A stretch of 59,773 nt of DNA, counting the filler, from Streblomastix strix (taxonomy: Eukaryota): assembly GCA_008636045.1 (NCBI GenBank). It is 3 parts of 3 records of this genome, joined end to end, with 100 filler letters (N's around TTAATTAATTAA, not from the genome) between each part and the next. Parts side by side here need not be neighbours in the genome. Positions count along the whole stretch, not along the records: positions 1 to 19,859 come from SNRW01000478.1; positions 19,960 to 39,818 come from SNRW01000479.1; 1 more part is not named here. One strand, given 5' to 3'. How positions within the stretch are numbered: the first letter of the stretch is position 1; each line of letters starts with the position of its first letter. Below, one piece after another: positions 12,949 to 26,357 of the stretch. A program made the translations under genes and the position numbers. The notes below the pieces were generated by a model. It saw only the letters and a list, made by a program, of their open reading frames with translations, had not been told where the DNA came from and ran no database searches.

Positions 12949-13348
12949 TTTTATTCAATTATGCGGATAGTAGGGAGCGGTTTGTGTAATAATATTGAGT
13001 ATTAGATTTAGATGGTAAGATTATTGTTGAATAATGATAATAATCAATGATAGACATGTTTATTAACAATGGAATAAGTGTTTTGAATTCTTCAGCAGAA
13101 CTTAAAAAAATAGATAATGATACAAAATTATAAAATTAAATAAAAAATTATAATACAATAAATTTAAAAACAAATATAATATATAGTTATGAATTATCAC
13201 TTCTAGCTTTGTTGAGATGATTATTACGAGTGTTTCTGAAATGATTATGATTAAGCTGATTGTGGAGAGTTTTAAATATTGCTAATTACAGGTTTTGGAG
13301 TGAGTAACTACGGTGCATCTTATGGTTAAGAAGACTTTGTTTAGTTTA
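12949..13348. repeat. ~400-bp inverted repeat, arm 1 (3' coding end and 3' flank of the pseudokinase)
   Basis: Reverse complement of 16819-17217, with scattered substitutions. Confidence 0.92.
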
Positions 13349-16300
13349 ATTGTGATGGTAAAGAAGAATTTTGATCCTATTTTGATTTTGGAATTGGTCT
13401 TTATGTTGGTTAGCTAATAATGTTAAATGCAGAATTTGGTTGAATTGTTAAAATCTTAACAATTCTTCTTGGCATGATTTCTTCACTGTCAGATTCATCG
13501 CTATATTCCTTATTTTCAACTTCATTTTATTCTTCACTTTCATCTTCCTCTTATTCAATTCTATTTAAGACATCAAATTTCTTCTTAAGTTTTTCTAAAT
13601 GCATCTTTTCTTCTTCTTCTCTCCAGAATTGTTCCTCTTCATCTTCTTTTTACATAAATTCAAGATATTCTCTTTTCTTTCTTAATTCTTATTCTTTCTT
13701 CTGGAAATCAAGCTTTTCTTTTTTCTTTTATTCTTCTTCTTCTTTCTTCTTCTTTTAAATATCCAATCTCTTCTTCCTTATTTCTTCATTCACTTTTCTT
13801 CTTCTATTTTCTTCCCATTTCTTTTTTCTCTCTTCTTCATTTTGCTTTTTATTCTCTTCATTTAATTTCCTTTAAATTTCCAATTGCTTCATTTATTCAT
13901 CTTGTTTTATAATCTCTTATTCTTTCTATCTAAGATCTTCTTCTCTTTATTTTAACTAATCTTCTTTTATCTTCAATTATTCTTCAAGTATTCTTCTTGA
14001 TTAATCTTCTTTTCTTTTCAATTATTATTCTTAATCTTCATCTCTATTTAATTCCAATTGATTATCTTAGCAATGATTTGCTTATTATTGAATATTCTCA
14101 AAAGAAGGCATAAGAGGAGGAGCTTCATTTGGAGGTGAAGATGAAATGTTTATTTGATAATCTGAAGGAAGAAGAGGAGGAGTTGGAAGTGAATCTGGAT
14201 CATCAAGAAGAGATATATTTATATTCGAACACAAATATGGATTCATACATTATTATTATTATTATTATTATTATTAATAATTCTGTTGTATGGGTTGTAG
14301 TTGATATTAGATTAGTGGTACAATTAATTGTTATTCATTTGAGGTTTTCGCAACAATTTATGGATTTGATTGTTCAATAATTTATAAACTTGTAAGTGGC
14401 TATTAAATATCCATCTATAACTAATTGTGATTCTATTCTTGCTGTTGTTATATATATGATATCATTTAAGACCTTTCTAATGTTACACCCATTCCTTTCA
14501 ATTTTCGATTATCTTATTATTATCTACGTTTAAATTTATAAAGATTTCCATTGTTTTCATTCTAATGAACTTTACTATTTAATTATTTATCTGTTTAGCA
14601 ATACGTTTATTATATCATTTAATTATTATCAATTAATTGTTGAACTTGATTAATATCTATTTATGAAGAGGTAGACTAATCAACGGTCTATATATTAATA
14701 AGATCTATTGTTTGTAAATGAATGGATGTTTATGTATATTTTTAATTCTGGTTTATCTAACATGAAAATGTTTCGTCTTATTTTAATGTTTATGTTATTA
14801 GTTACTATTGAATCTGATTCTGTTTTTTGATTAATTGTGTATTTGATTTGATAATGAGTGGAGATGTTGAAGTCTACTAATGAATTGGAGAATGCAATTT
14901 TGAATATGAAGAAGAAATATTAGAAGAATTTTAGTGAATTTGATCAGATTAAACTAATTATTGATTCTTATCTAGTATTTATTAATGTAAAGTCTAATTT
15001 TGATTAGGAGAATATTATTTAGGGGAAGTTTATTTATTTGAAGATAAATAAATTGGAGATGTTTAGATAAGGAATGGATCACTAATTTGTGGATTCTATC
15101 CAGCTGAATAAATAACTTATTCATTTAATGGTGTATTTGTATTCAAATTATTATAATATTTTTCAACAGGAGAATAATATTCTTATTTAACTGGAGATAT
15201 TTTCTATTGTGAATGTCGTCTAAGCGATGACTAAGAAATTGACCACAGATTTTCCTCTCATATTTATTCTTCTATTTCACTGTCCTCTTCAAATTTCTTT
15301 GCTGCTTATTATTTCATTCTCTTTATATATACAAAATAAAAAGATAATTAATATAAATAAAATAAAATATAATATTATATTGAACATACCTCTGCAGAAC
15401 TTTTTATTTCAGGCCATTAAAGTAAATCTGAAGCTGAAGGTCTTTTCTTTGGTAACTTTACGATATGAAAAAAGTTAATTGAAAAATAATATAATAAATA
15501 ATATTTCCACAATAATGCATAACAAACCTTATGTAATAATTAAGTTATAAGTTTTTATAATCTCGGTGAAGTAATGCGTTCAAAAGGTCTATGTTTAGCT
15601 GTTAATATTTTTTCATTTAGATCTTCAATAGTCGTTGATTCAAAAGGAAGATGCTATTCTCCAATTTCAAATAATATTGCGCCAAAAGAAAACATGTCTG
15701 CTTTGTTTGTACATCTATAATATATATATGCATAAATAATATCAAAAATAATTAGTACTCACAAACCTTTATCCATTTATTAGCTCTGGGCATTAATAAG
15801 CTCTGCATTATTCAAAATTAAGAAAAAAAATAATAATAAAAATATCAATGATTATAAATCAATGAATATACGCAATAGATCCAGAATATGGTGAAGAAAC
15901 ATCCATAGAATTTGCTTTTTATAAGACAACGAATTCATCTATAATAATATATAGTAATATATAAACTATTGTGGCTAATATAAAATTCTAAAAATCAAAC
16001 CAAGTTTGGCAAATCCAGCACTAGAAAGATATATTGAGCATGGTCGAAGGCCTTTATGATCTATGATAAAATAAATAGTGGTATATAACAATATAAGATT
16101 GAATTATTATGTGCAAAACATATGCTATTCATATGGAAATGATTCAGAGTAATAGAAATTTAAGCAGCTATGTCCCAAATTTTCTAATAGTAAAATAATA
16201 TAAAAATTAATAGGGTATTAATAATGCAAACTTCCTCAGATATATAATTATATTAGTTCTTTCCCGATTTAATAAGCTGCTCAAGTGATCCTTATAAAAT

Positions 16301-16668
16301 TCTTTCCATAAGTAAATACGCTTTTTCATTCTTTTCTTAAATTCCAAAAATCTCAAGTGCATAAGGTGATTTTAATCTATACATTGCTTCAGCTAATGCA
16401 ATAATTTTGGCTCTAATAAATAAATAAAAAAAAACGTCATTGTTTAATAAATTAAATCAAAATGAAACCAAGATTGGTAAATGAGTCCTCTGTCTGGAGG
16501 TGCAGGGGCTGCTCTATAGTGGTCCAAATAATATTACTTTCTTACGAATTCTCTTCCAGTTTCTTTGCAGAATACAATACAGTTCTTAGACTCTAAACTA
16601 GAAAAAAGCTTTCCTCCTTCTTTTTTCACGTACTCTTCAAGAATTGCAATTCGTGGTGGGATATTCAT
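13197..16668 (-). CDS. NEK-like pseudokinase with long Gln-rich / coiled-coil tail, multi-exon
   Basis: YLLMERILQGSLEQLI, IWDIAAQI, HKGLRPCSIYL, AKL/DEF, YQCPEL, KADMFSFGAILFEI, KRPSASDLL. Poly-Gln is encoded by (TAA)n near 14250. ATG at 16668, TGA at 13199-13197. Confidence 0.8.
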
Positions 16669-16818
16669 ATAATAACTGTAAAAAAAATCGTATAAAAAAA
16701 TATAAAAGAAGAAAAAAGTGAAAAAATTGTATTAGAAGGAGTAATCATAAATTAAATAAATTTTTTAATATTTAATTTATTGAACCAAATCAGCACTTTT
16801 CTAAAGAAAAAAGTGTGA

Positions 16819-17217
16819 TAAACTAAACAAAGTCTTCTTAATCATAAGAAGTACCGTAGTTACTTACTCCAGACCCTGTAATCAGCAATATTTAAAACTC
16901 TCCACAATCAGCTTAATCATAATCATTTCAGAAACACTCGTAATAATCATCTCAACAAAGCTAGAAGTGATATTTCATAACTATATATTATATTTGTTTT
17001 TAAATTTATTGTATTATAATTTTTATTTAATTTTATAATTTTGAATCATTATCTATTTTTTTAAGTTCTGCTAAAAAATTCAAAACACTTATTCCATTGT
17101 TAATAAACATGTCTATCATTGATTATTACCATTATTCAACAATAATCTTGTCATCCTAAGCTAAAACTCAATATTATTACATAAACCCCTCCCTACTAGC
17201 TGCATAATTGAATAAAA
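16819..17217. repeat. ~400-bp inverted repeat, arm 2
   Basis: Inverted copy of 12949-13348. Confidence 0.92.
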
Positions 17218-17423
17218 ATGGATAGTTTAACTCTTCCAACTTTTTCAGCTCAATATCATTATAAAAATCTTTTTCAATTCTTTAATTAATTCACATATTC
17301 TGACCTTATTATCATATGCTTGAATTACAACCATATAAATTCTCATATGCTGTTTTTTTTATCTTTCTTTTATTGCAGTAATTTTATTCATTTTTCATTT
17401 TATTCCAGACTTTCGTATCATAA

Positions 17424-19859
17424 ATGAGGATAATTCACGTTCTAAAACTGGTTTACAATCCATCTGGTATCTTATCTCGAATTGAAAAAGTTAGAAATGC
17501 TTCATGCGAATACCTTGTTTATTCACAAACGTTTGGTGCTATAAACTTATCAGTTGCTGTGCAAGAGGCATTGATTTTTTACGAGAGCATTCCACCTTGC
17601 AGTCTTGTTGACTTTATAATATATAGAACGAGTGGTGTGTAAAATTATACAAATTTTTCTGATTTATTTTTCATTTTTTTAAGATATAGGTTTGCCTGGG
17701 AAATAAATTGAAGAAGAAAAATAAGGAATTGATAAAGATGATGATAATACAATAGAAGATGAGAACAAAAATTAACAATTTGATAAAGAAGGAGAGAACT
17801 AAGCACGACTATATAGCTTAGTAGAAAGAATCAAATCTAGACATCGTGCAAGTGTATTTATTGCTTATGATGGAAACTAAAATATTCTATAAGATGGCAA
17901 TGGTGATTATTCTGATATTGACGAATGGAAAGATCTTCTTGATTGTGATGCAATTAGATTTGACAATGATTTTACAACTGTGTCTTCAAAGACAGTTAAT
18001 CGCGTTTTATTTCCACCAATTGTAAAATAGTTATTTGAAGAATCGAATGAAGAGAATAATTTATCTCATTTGAATATTGTTGAAGAATGCGCTTCAAGGA
18101 AGTATTTGGATCTTAATGCCCTCTGGAGAGGAAGATTACCATAATTCAATAAAGAAATAGGATTAGTAGATGATGGTTTGCTGAATATTCCTTGTTTTGT
18201 ACAGATTTATTATTTATTTCTAATATATATATATATATTAAATTCAGAAGATAAGTTTTTTACTCTTCATTTAAATGATGTTTCAATAGACTAGATGCAG
18301 CTTGAGAAGATTCGCTTATTCTTTTCCAAATATGATCATATTAAATTACTCTCAAAGATTGAAAGCGATGGAATAAATAATAAGAATGAAGAATTATCTG
18401 TTGATAAACTTCCTTAATGTGCATTGGAATCTCCTCTTCTTCATTTGGCATCTGCTCCATTTAGTCTTAAACTTACCCAGGCTAACAAAGAATAAGGAAA
18501 TCCATTGACTATTGAAGAATTACTCTAACACAATAATATGAATATATTCCTTATTAGCTTTGCTTCTATTCTTCCATAATCAGATATTTAGATTGATTAT
18601 ACTCCTATTAACTCAAAAGATAATGTAATCAATGCTTTTCGTAGAAATTTATTCATTCTTTTCATTATTCAAGAAGATACTGATGTATTTTAGGATCATC
18701 TTTAGTTAATTATAATTCCAATATCTGAAGGAGCGGTTTTATAAGCACCTGTTCAAAGTTATAAGAATATAAATATTGAGAATCTTAAATAGGAAGTGAG
18801 CAAATTGACTTAAGTTCTATTTCAATAGAATGAATCAGATAAAGCATTATAATAAAGATCAGAAGCAATTATTAACTCAGCGATCAAAAATACATCCAAT
18901 GCTTATTTGGAATACAATGTTAATACAAATTAGGATAAAAAATTGTAGCATAATGAATCAGTAGATATTGAACTACTTAGAACAGCTACTACATATGCAG
19001 GAGGAGCATTGCTATCTTCTTTACCTCAGAATGCATTCTCATATCAGAATAACACTGATAACGAATCCATCAGACCAACTACATTATAATCTCCATTCTC
19101 TGCCATACCTCGTGAAGATGTAACTGTATAGACATCTACTTTCTATCATAATCCTCATAAGACTAAATATGCTATATTTAATAAGAGCTATTTCCATGAT
19201 CATCTCGATGATGTATTAACAGAAGAAGAGAAAGAGAAATACATTTTATAGAAGGGATAAGAGAATAACAAGAAGAGTAAAAGTATGATGAAAGATAATG
19301 AAGAGAAATCAAAAGATAAAAAGAAATAAAAGAAGGAAGATGATTATAATACATAAAGATGCTATTTTGTTCGATCTTTTGAAGATTCCAACAACAAATT
19401 TACATGGAAACCAGTTAATGATGAAATATTTACCAAATCAACCAGTTCAGAATCAGAATCAGAAATAGATCTCATTCCTGTTGTTCGAACTGAAACGATA
19501 CAAACTCCACTTTTTGCTCCTCCTCCAATAATGCCCATTCCTGTTGCTCATGTTTCTACTGGTTCATTCATTGTTGGGCACTAACAGGATAAAGAATAAT
19601 CTTTGATGGAGAAGGATAATGAGAAAGATGATTATAAGAATCAAATAAAGAGTAAAAAAAAGAATGAAGTTGATTCTGTTGATGAAGACAAGAAAAGATC
19701 TGGATTAAAAATAAATGAAAAAAGTGGGAAGGAAATAATAAAGAAACCAAATTTAATAAATGCAAAATAAGTTGGATCACACATGGAGATTGATATTCCT
19801 AGTTTTGATCAGAATGCATCAATATTCTTTCCTGATTCTTTGAGAGATAACTCAATATC
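17424..19859 (+). CDS. Hypothetical protein, start uncertain (possibly 17218), 3' truncated at scaffold end
   Basis: Long frames open under TAA/TAG=Gln, with short introns near 17636-17689 and 18199-18247. No family recognised. Confidence 0.7.
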
Positions 19860-19959
19860 NNNNNNNNNNNNNNNNNNNNNNNNNNNNNNNNNNNNNNNNN
19901 NNNTTAATTAATTAANNNNNNNNNNNNNNNNNNNNNNNNNNNNNNNNNNNNNNNNNNNN
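19860..19959. other. Artificial scaffold linker
   Basis: 100-bp N block containing TTAATTAATTAA (19904-19915). Confidence 0.92.
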
Positions 19960-20499
19960 GAATCAAAAGTATAATTTTGTTAGTTTAGTATTAATCATAC
20001 GTATATATTTGCTCTGTACATTACCTCTAATATTAATTTAATTTTTCAAATTGTTGAAATTGAACATATGAAACTAAGTTCATTTTACTTTTTTTTTCCT
20101 ATTTGCACTAACTCGTCAACGAATGATTTTTATTTTATTTTTATATATTTTTAAGATGCTAACATCATAATCTTTACTAAATCCAGATAAAGATTGAAAT
20201 TTTAAAAATAATACAAATAATTAGCATAAACAATAATGTACAAAGATATACAGAAATATCTATAATTTCAGTCAAAATTATGATTAAAATGTTTCTATAT
20301 GTGTGATAATATTATTTTGCAAATACATTGATAATCAATTTTTATTTTTAAAGCCAATATACAAAATGGAAGTTCAATAAAAAAAAATAATGCCAGTTCA
20401 ATTTATTCACCTCTATAAGAACTATTGTATTAGATTGTTGAGAACAGTTGTAAAAAATGTACATGATTATGAGAGAGATCAAAACTCACCAATCATATC

Positions 20500-23363
20500 A
20501 CTATTATTATTCATTGCTGTTGCCAACATAGATATTCAGTATTAATCTTTTACTCCAGTTTGTTTGCTTTTTTGATATTAATCCCTTTATTTACTAACTA
20601 GGCCTCTATTTCTTCATTTCCTCCTTCATCCTCAAACTGCTCTTAACATGACATAAATAGATCTGGTTATGGTGGGAAGGAAGGTTTTGGATCATATTAG
20701 CCAGTTTACATTCTCCCTTAAATAATTTCTCTGATGAACCAGAGGATGTTTTCTAATCATTATCCAATCCCCTTATCTTATTAATATTAATTACCACCTG
20801 CAGTATTAATGTCAATAACCAATGCTCTTGGGTATCCATTAGTAACCAATTCAACTTATACTTATTCATCACCCCATCTATGAATGGAACGAAGACATTC
20901 AATACTCTCATTTCTGATCTAAAGTGATTATTTATCTTCTTCTTTATTTGTGTCATTGTTGAATTTGAAATAAGTATGTTTTATGAGAGAATTAAGGAAG
21001 TTTGGTGTGTTGCTTATTTATTTGCATATTTCATAGTTAATGATTAGTTTATGAATGAGAACTAGTAAAGAAGAAGGGAATGATTGCTCAAATGATTCTG
21101 ATTATTATTAGATTATTTTCTTATTAATTTGAGATTAGGATACAAATTAAATAATTGGAGATGTGACATGTGGAATAATATTATGATCTTTAACTAACAT
21201 ATTCTTGAATTCTTCATTAATATTATTATTATAAATGTTGTGAAATGGAACTTTAGCAAGTGCTTAGATAATAGCAGTATGTAATTATTGAATAGATGCA
21301 GATGATACAACAGAGATACATTATTAACATTTTATATAAGAAGGGCAGTTTATGTGAATCAAAGGAATAGATCTTTCTTTAATCAATATCAATTGGAATC
21401 AATCGAATGATTGTCATTGCAATATATTCTGAATCTGCAACTGAATTTATATTTTTATTTTAATTGAAGATATTAAATCGTTCATCAAATAATAAATCAA
21501 TAAAAGGAATATTATTTGTTGATTTGGTTTAAATTTATGGTTATTCTTTTTATTTTTCTTTTTCTTTTCTTTTAATTGTTGATGTTTATAAATTTTATTG
21601 AATATCATTTGGATTATTGATAGCCCAGATGTTAGATTAATTAATTAGAAGAATGAAAACAGCAGGATTAATGGCTGAAGGTGAGAAATTGAATGAATTT
21701 AACTTATTTTTATTTGAAATTTATTCTTTTTATTCATTATCATCATATTAAATACATCTTGGGAATAGCGTTTGATTCATTGATTTCCATTTCTTATCCC
21801 AATTTAATTAATATGCTGTTTCATTTCCATTTCAATTTGCAAATATATTCAATATATTTATTGTTTCTTCATTATATCCTTCTTTATATTTCAAATTATT
21901 TTATGTTTATTTCATTTATTCATTATTATTGATTATTTCAATATTTTTATCTTTTATTCTAGTAGATTAATCTGATTATTATTATTATAGTTATGCTTGG
22001 AAAGAATAATTGAAGTTGATACGATCACAGAATGAGGCCAGAAATCAGAAGCTCAGATTAAATAGTGATTATTCAATAATAATACAGATATCAGCTTTAT
22101 CAATCTGAATGAAATAATATGAAAATAATAATATATATAATTCAATAAATATATAATAATTTAATAAATATAAATAAATATACCTCCTGAATTTTATGTT
22201 GAATTTCTTCAAGCATTTAAACAATTTAAAGTGCATCTCGAATAGAAGAAGTATTTGGATCTTCAAGTGAATTAGATGAAATTGGAATACGATCAAATTA
22301 AGCTTTTTGAAGTATTGACGTGATTGATGGAAAGATTTTTTAAGATCCAATCTTCTTTGATAAATAGTTATAATTAATAAGTCTTGCTGCTATTACAAAT
22401 GGTTTCAAAATGTGCATTGCTAATCGAAGTTCTTCTGCTCCAATTCGTTAGCCTTCTGTGGCAAGACATTCAAGCATTTCCAATAATGTGCTGAATGTAT
22501 TGCGATTGTATGCCATTGTGAAAGTATCGATATAGAAGGCAGTTCCTTTGAGAAAATCGTTGGTTATTGGGATTTTGATCATTCTACTTATATCTGGTGA
22601 AATTTCTGTTGGTTCTTCTTGCTATTCATAATCAGTCATATATTTATTGGATTTAATTGGAAATAGTAGCGAGATTGAATGAATTAGATTTTTACTTTCT
22701 TTGTGTTCTTCAAAAGCAGTTACTAAGAAAAGACCAATTAAGTTCATAGATTTTTTCAATCTTTTCCAATTTATTACATATGCATGATTAAAATTACGAA
22801 TCTTCTTCAATAATAAGCTTATTATATCAGATAATATATCTAATTTTTCTAATTCCATCTATTCAAATTCATCCCAAGCAAGATTTATTAATTGCATGGA
22901 AAGTTCTGAAAGGCTTGCTGAATAAATAATGAAAATAGATAGTTAGAATAAATTTTTAAATATAATAATTATTTTAAATGTATTAAAATATAAAAATAAT
23001 AATTTTAAATGAATTAATATATTATTTGTAAACCTTCATCTAATGCTTTGAGAGTAGAGATCTTTTTATTCAATTCTAGCAATTTTTCAATACTATGAAG
23101 ATCTTCATTAATTAATTCTAACTGAACAAACCCTTTAGATCTTTTATTAACGAATAGTGATTATCCTGGTTAAATGAATTATGATTTGTCAAGAGGAGTT
23201 ATGAATTATGATTAATTAATTGAAGATTGTAACAATGAAACCTGTAGAGGACGAGGTGCTTGTATAATTTATTAGTCAATTGAAGCTACAAAGAATGGAA
23301 AATTAAAAATATGAATATATTTAATATTTAAATAAATAAATAAATAAATAAATAAGTAAATAA

Positions 23364-23418
<55 letters not shown>

Positions 23419-23590
23419 ANNNNNNNNNNNNNNNNNNNNNNNNNNNNNNNNNNNNNNNNNNNNNNNNNNNNNNNNNNNNNNNNNNNNNNNNNNNNNNNNN
23501 NNNNNNNNNNNNNNNNNNNGAATGGAAAATTAAAAATATGAATATATTTAATATTTAAATAAATAAATAAATAAATAAATAAGTAAATAA

Positions 23591-23645
<55 letters not shown>

Positions 23646-25560
23646 ACAAATATAAATCATACAATCTGTTTCTTATGGCGGGAAAGAGGATGAATCAAGT
23701 CTAATTGATTGTGAAATAGAAATTCCGTTCTATTAGTCCTGCTCTAATAATGAATTAAGAATCTGTTATGTTTCATCTTCGGGATTTATCTTGAGTAGAT
23801 TCTGAGTTAAAATTAAAATAAATAAGAAAATAATATAAAATAAATAATCGTATCTATTCATAATACCGTAATTTCAGTAGATTGAACAATAAATAAAGGA
23901 TCCAAATCAAATTTTGTTATCCAAATTTCTCCATTTAGACTTGATTTATTATCTAAAATGTCATATAATATGAAATATTGAAAAATTAATATATAAATTG
24001 TAATTAAAATTATTAAATATTCGAATTATTAAAATATTAATTCGATTAAATTCACACTGTTTTCTGCAAGTAGTCACACTTCTGGAGTGATTTCAGATTA
24101 AGCTTCAGCAGCTAATACATAAAAATAAAAATAATAAATAAAATAAATTAATAAAACTAATTTTATTCTTTAATCATACTAGTGAAGAATGGATGCTGAA
24201 GAGCTTATTCTACTGAAATCCTTGTTTTGGGATTAAAATCAAGCAATTTCATCAGAAGATCGTATAATTTGTAATCTTTCATAACCGAAGGTCGATCAAT
24301 ATGTTTTTCTCTCATTTTTCTAGTTTTTACAAAAATATTAATTAATTTTTTTAAATTTTTTATTTAATTTCAATAAGATATTTTTATCAATTAAATGATA
24401 TTTATTCATAAATATATTTAATAAGTAAATATTATACCTTGTTATCTGGGTTTCCTTCATGGAGAACTAATTCTGGAGCCTATAAATTAGTAAATATTAA
24501 TAAAAAATAATATTAAAATTTATTTATTTTTAATTTCAAACCATATTCAATAAATTTCCAACAGCAGAAAATTCTTCTTATTCGTCCGATGTTATTAATT
24601 CAAGTCAAAAATTTGAAATTTTAACTTTCACAATGCCTAAATAAAAGAAATATATATAATGGATATAAAATTATATATAAATTAGAATTAATGTATGAAA
24701 ATAATTTTTTTTATACAATTTTCAGAATAGAGCTGAATATTCTTTGCTTTAATATCTCAATTTACCTAATAAAATGAAATACGAATAAAACAAAAATATA
24801 TTTGAAATTATTCTTTTATTTAATTAAATAATAAGTTATTCAAATATAATACCTATGAATAATTCCTTTGGAGTGAATAGTCTACAATCCCGTTACTAAA
24901 TATGAAAAAAAATGATAAATAAAAGAATAAATTATTAAAAAAATACATACATAATTGTTTTGCAAGAGCACGAAATGTTGGGATTGAAATATTTATATTC
25001 TTATCTTAGACAATCTCATTCAATGACTGAGTGAATTGAAACAATTAATATAAGAATGAAAAAAAAATAAAACAGTACATTAAATAGATTATAAATCAGA
25101 AGAGCATCCAAACCTTAGCATTAGCATAACTCATCAAAATTAAGATATAATCATCAACCTATTGTGCAAGATGATACTTATCTATAAATGAACTCTGATT
25201 TTCTGGTCTAAGATATATAAAAATATGTCAAAGAGCAAGAAAAATTGATTCATACTTTTCTAATATTCCAGCAACGTCCAATTCTATTTAGAAAAACTTT
25301 TCAGCAATAATGATCTTAGTAGCAACTACTCCAATTTCAGCATGATACGTTAAATAGACTTTGAAAAGAAAATGAAGAAAATTGAGATTAAATTAAAAAT
25401 GAAAAAAGATTGTAGAATACCACCAAGTTTTTCCTTATCCTATAAATTTGAGAAAATATTAAATATTTAAATATTTGTTTAAAAATAACAAAAAACGATA
25501 TATACCAAGTGTTTTAAATACTTAGAAACCCTATGATTTGAGTAAATCTAATTCTTCCAT
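20500..25560 (-). pseudogene. Ser/Thr kinase gene with long helical C-terminal region, apparently disrupted (the C-terminal part may be a separate gene)
   Basis: GFQVFKTLG, VYL, ILMSYAN, IHSKGIIHR, DIKAKNI, MAPELV, LLDFNPKTRISVEQALQHPFF. DFG position reads ISNF-TGA-L (24605-24607). Second in-frame TGA at 22045-22047. No subdomain IX exon visible. Tail EQFEDEGGNEEIEAQL. Confidence 0.7.
23328..23650. repeat. (AAAT)n microsatellite in an intron, spanning an assembly gap
   Basis: Direct inspection. Confidence 0.95.
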
Positions 25561-26357
25561 ATAATTTAAAACTTAAACAATAAAATTTTAAAAGTTAAAT
25601 AGTGAAAAAAAAGAAAAATAGCAAAAGCAATATAAATATAATTATAAATAAATTATGTTAAATGAAATATTGATTTGAAAATAAAATATATAAAGAGGTA
25701 GTGATAATTAAGTTATTTTTTTAATCAAAAAATATGATTTCAATTTGAATTTAATGAGTATCGATGTAAAATTGTCGATTTTCTACTTAGGATTCTAAAT
25801 TCTATATTCACAAATTAAAATTGGAATTACATTAGTAAAAATAGATCTAATAATTAATTTATAGATAGATATTTACATTTAATATATATTATATAGCTAT
25901 TTACTGTGATAAATTCCAAACTTTTTTTGTTTTTCAAAACCTATTCCAAAAATAGTATAAATTGGATAATACCAATTAAACTAAATAAAAATATTAATTA
26001 TTATCAAAAATTATTTAGTTTAAATAGGATATAGATAGGTAATTTGCTTTTCTTCGTTATATCTTGGGTCATTTAAATTCTTAATATTGTTTTTAAAAAA
26101 TAAATACAATTTATTGGTACCGTATAATAATAAATTGAATTGAAATATTGAGCCTGAATAGATGAATACTTCTTTTAACATGAAAAAATTTTTAAAAAAA
26201 AATCGCTCTACTTCGAACCTCATAATCAACTCATATATATCATAGTTTTACTAATTTTCATTCTTTTTAGATGCAAACAAGCTCTTCCCTTCATTTTCTT
26301 TTATCTTTACTCTTCTTCCTCTTATCTTTACCACCATTCTTTATCTTCTTCAATTAC

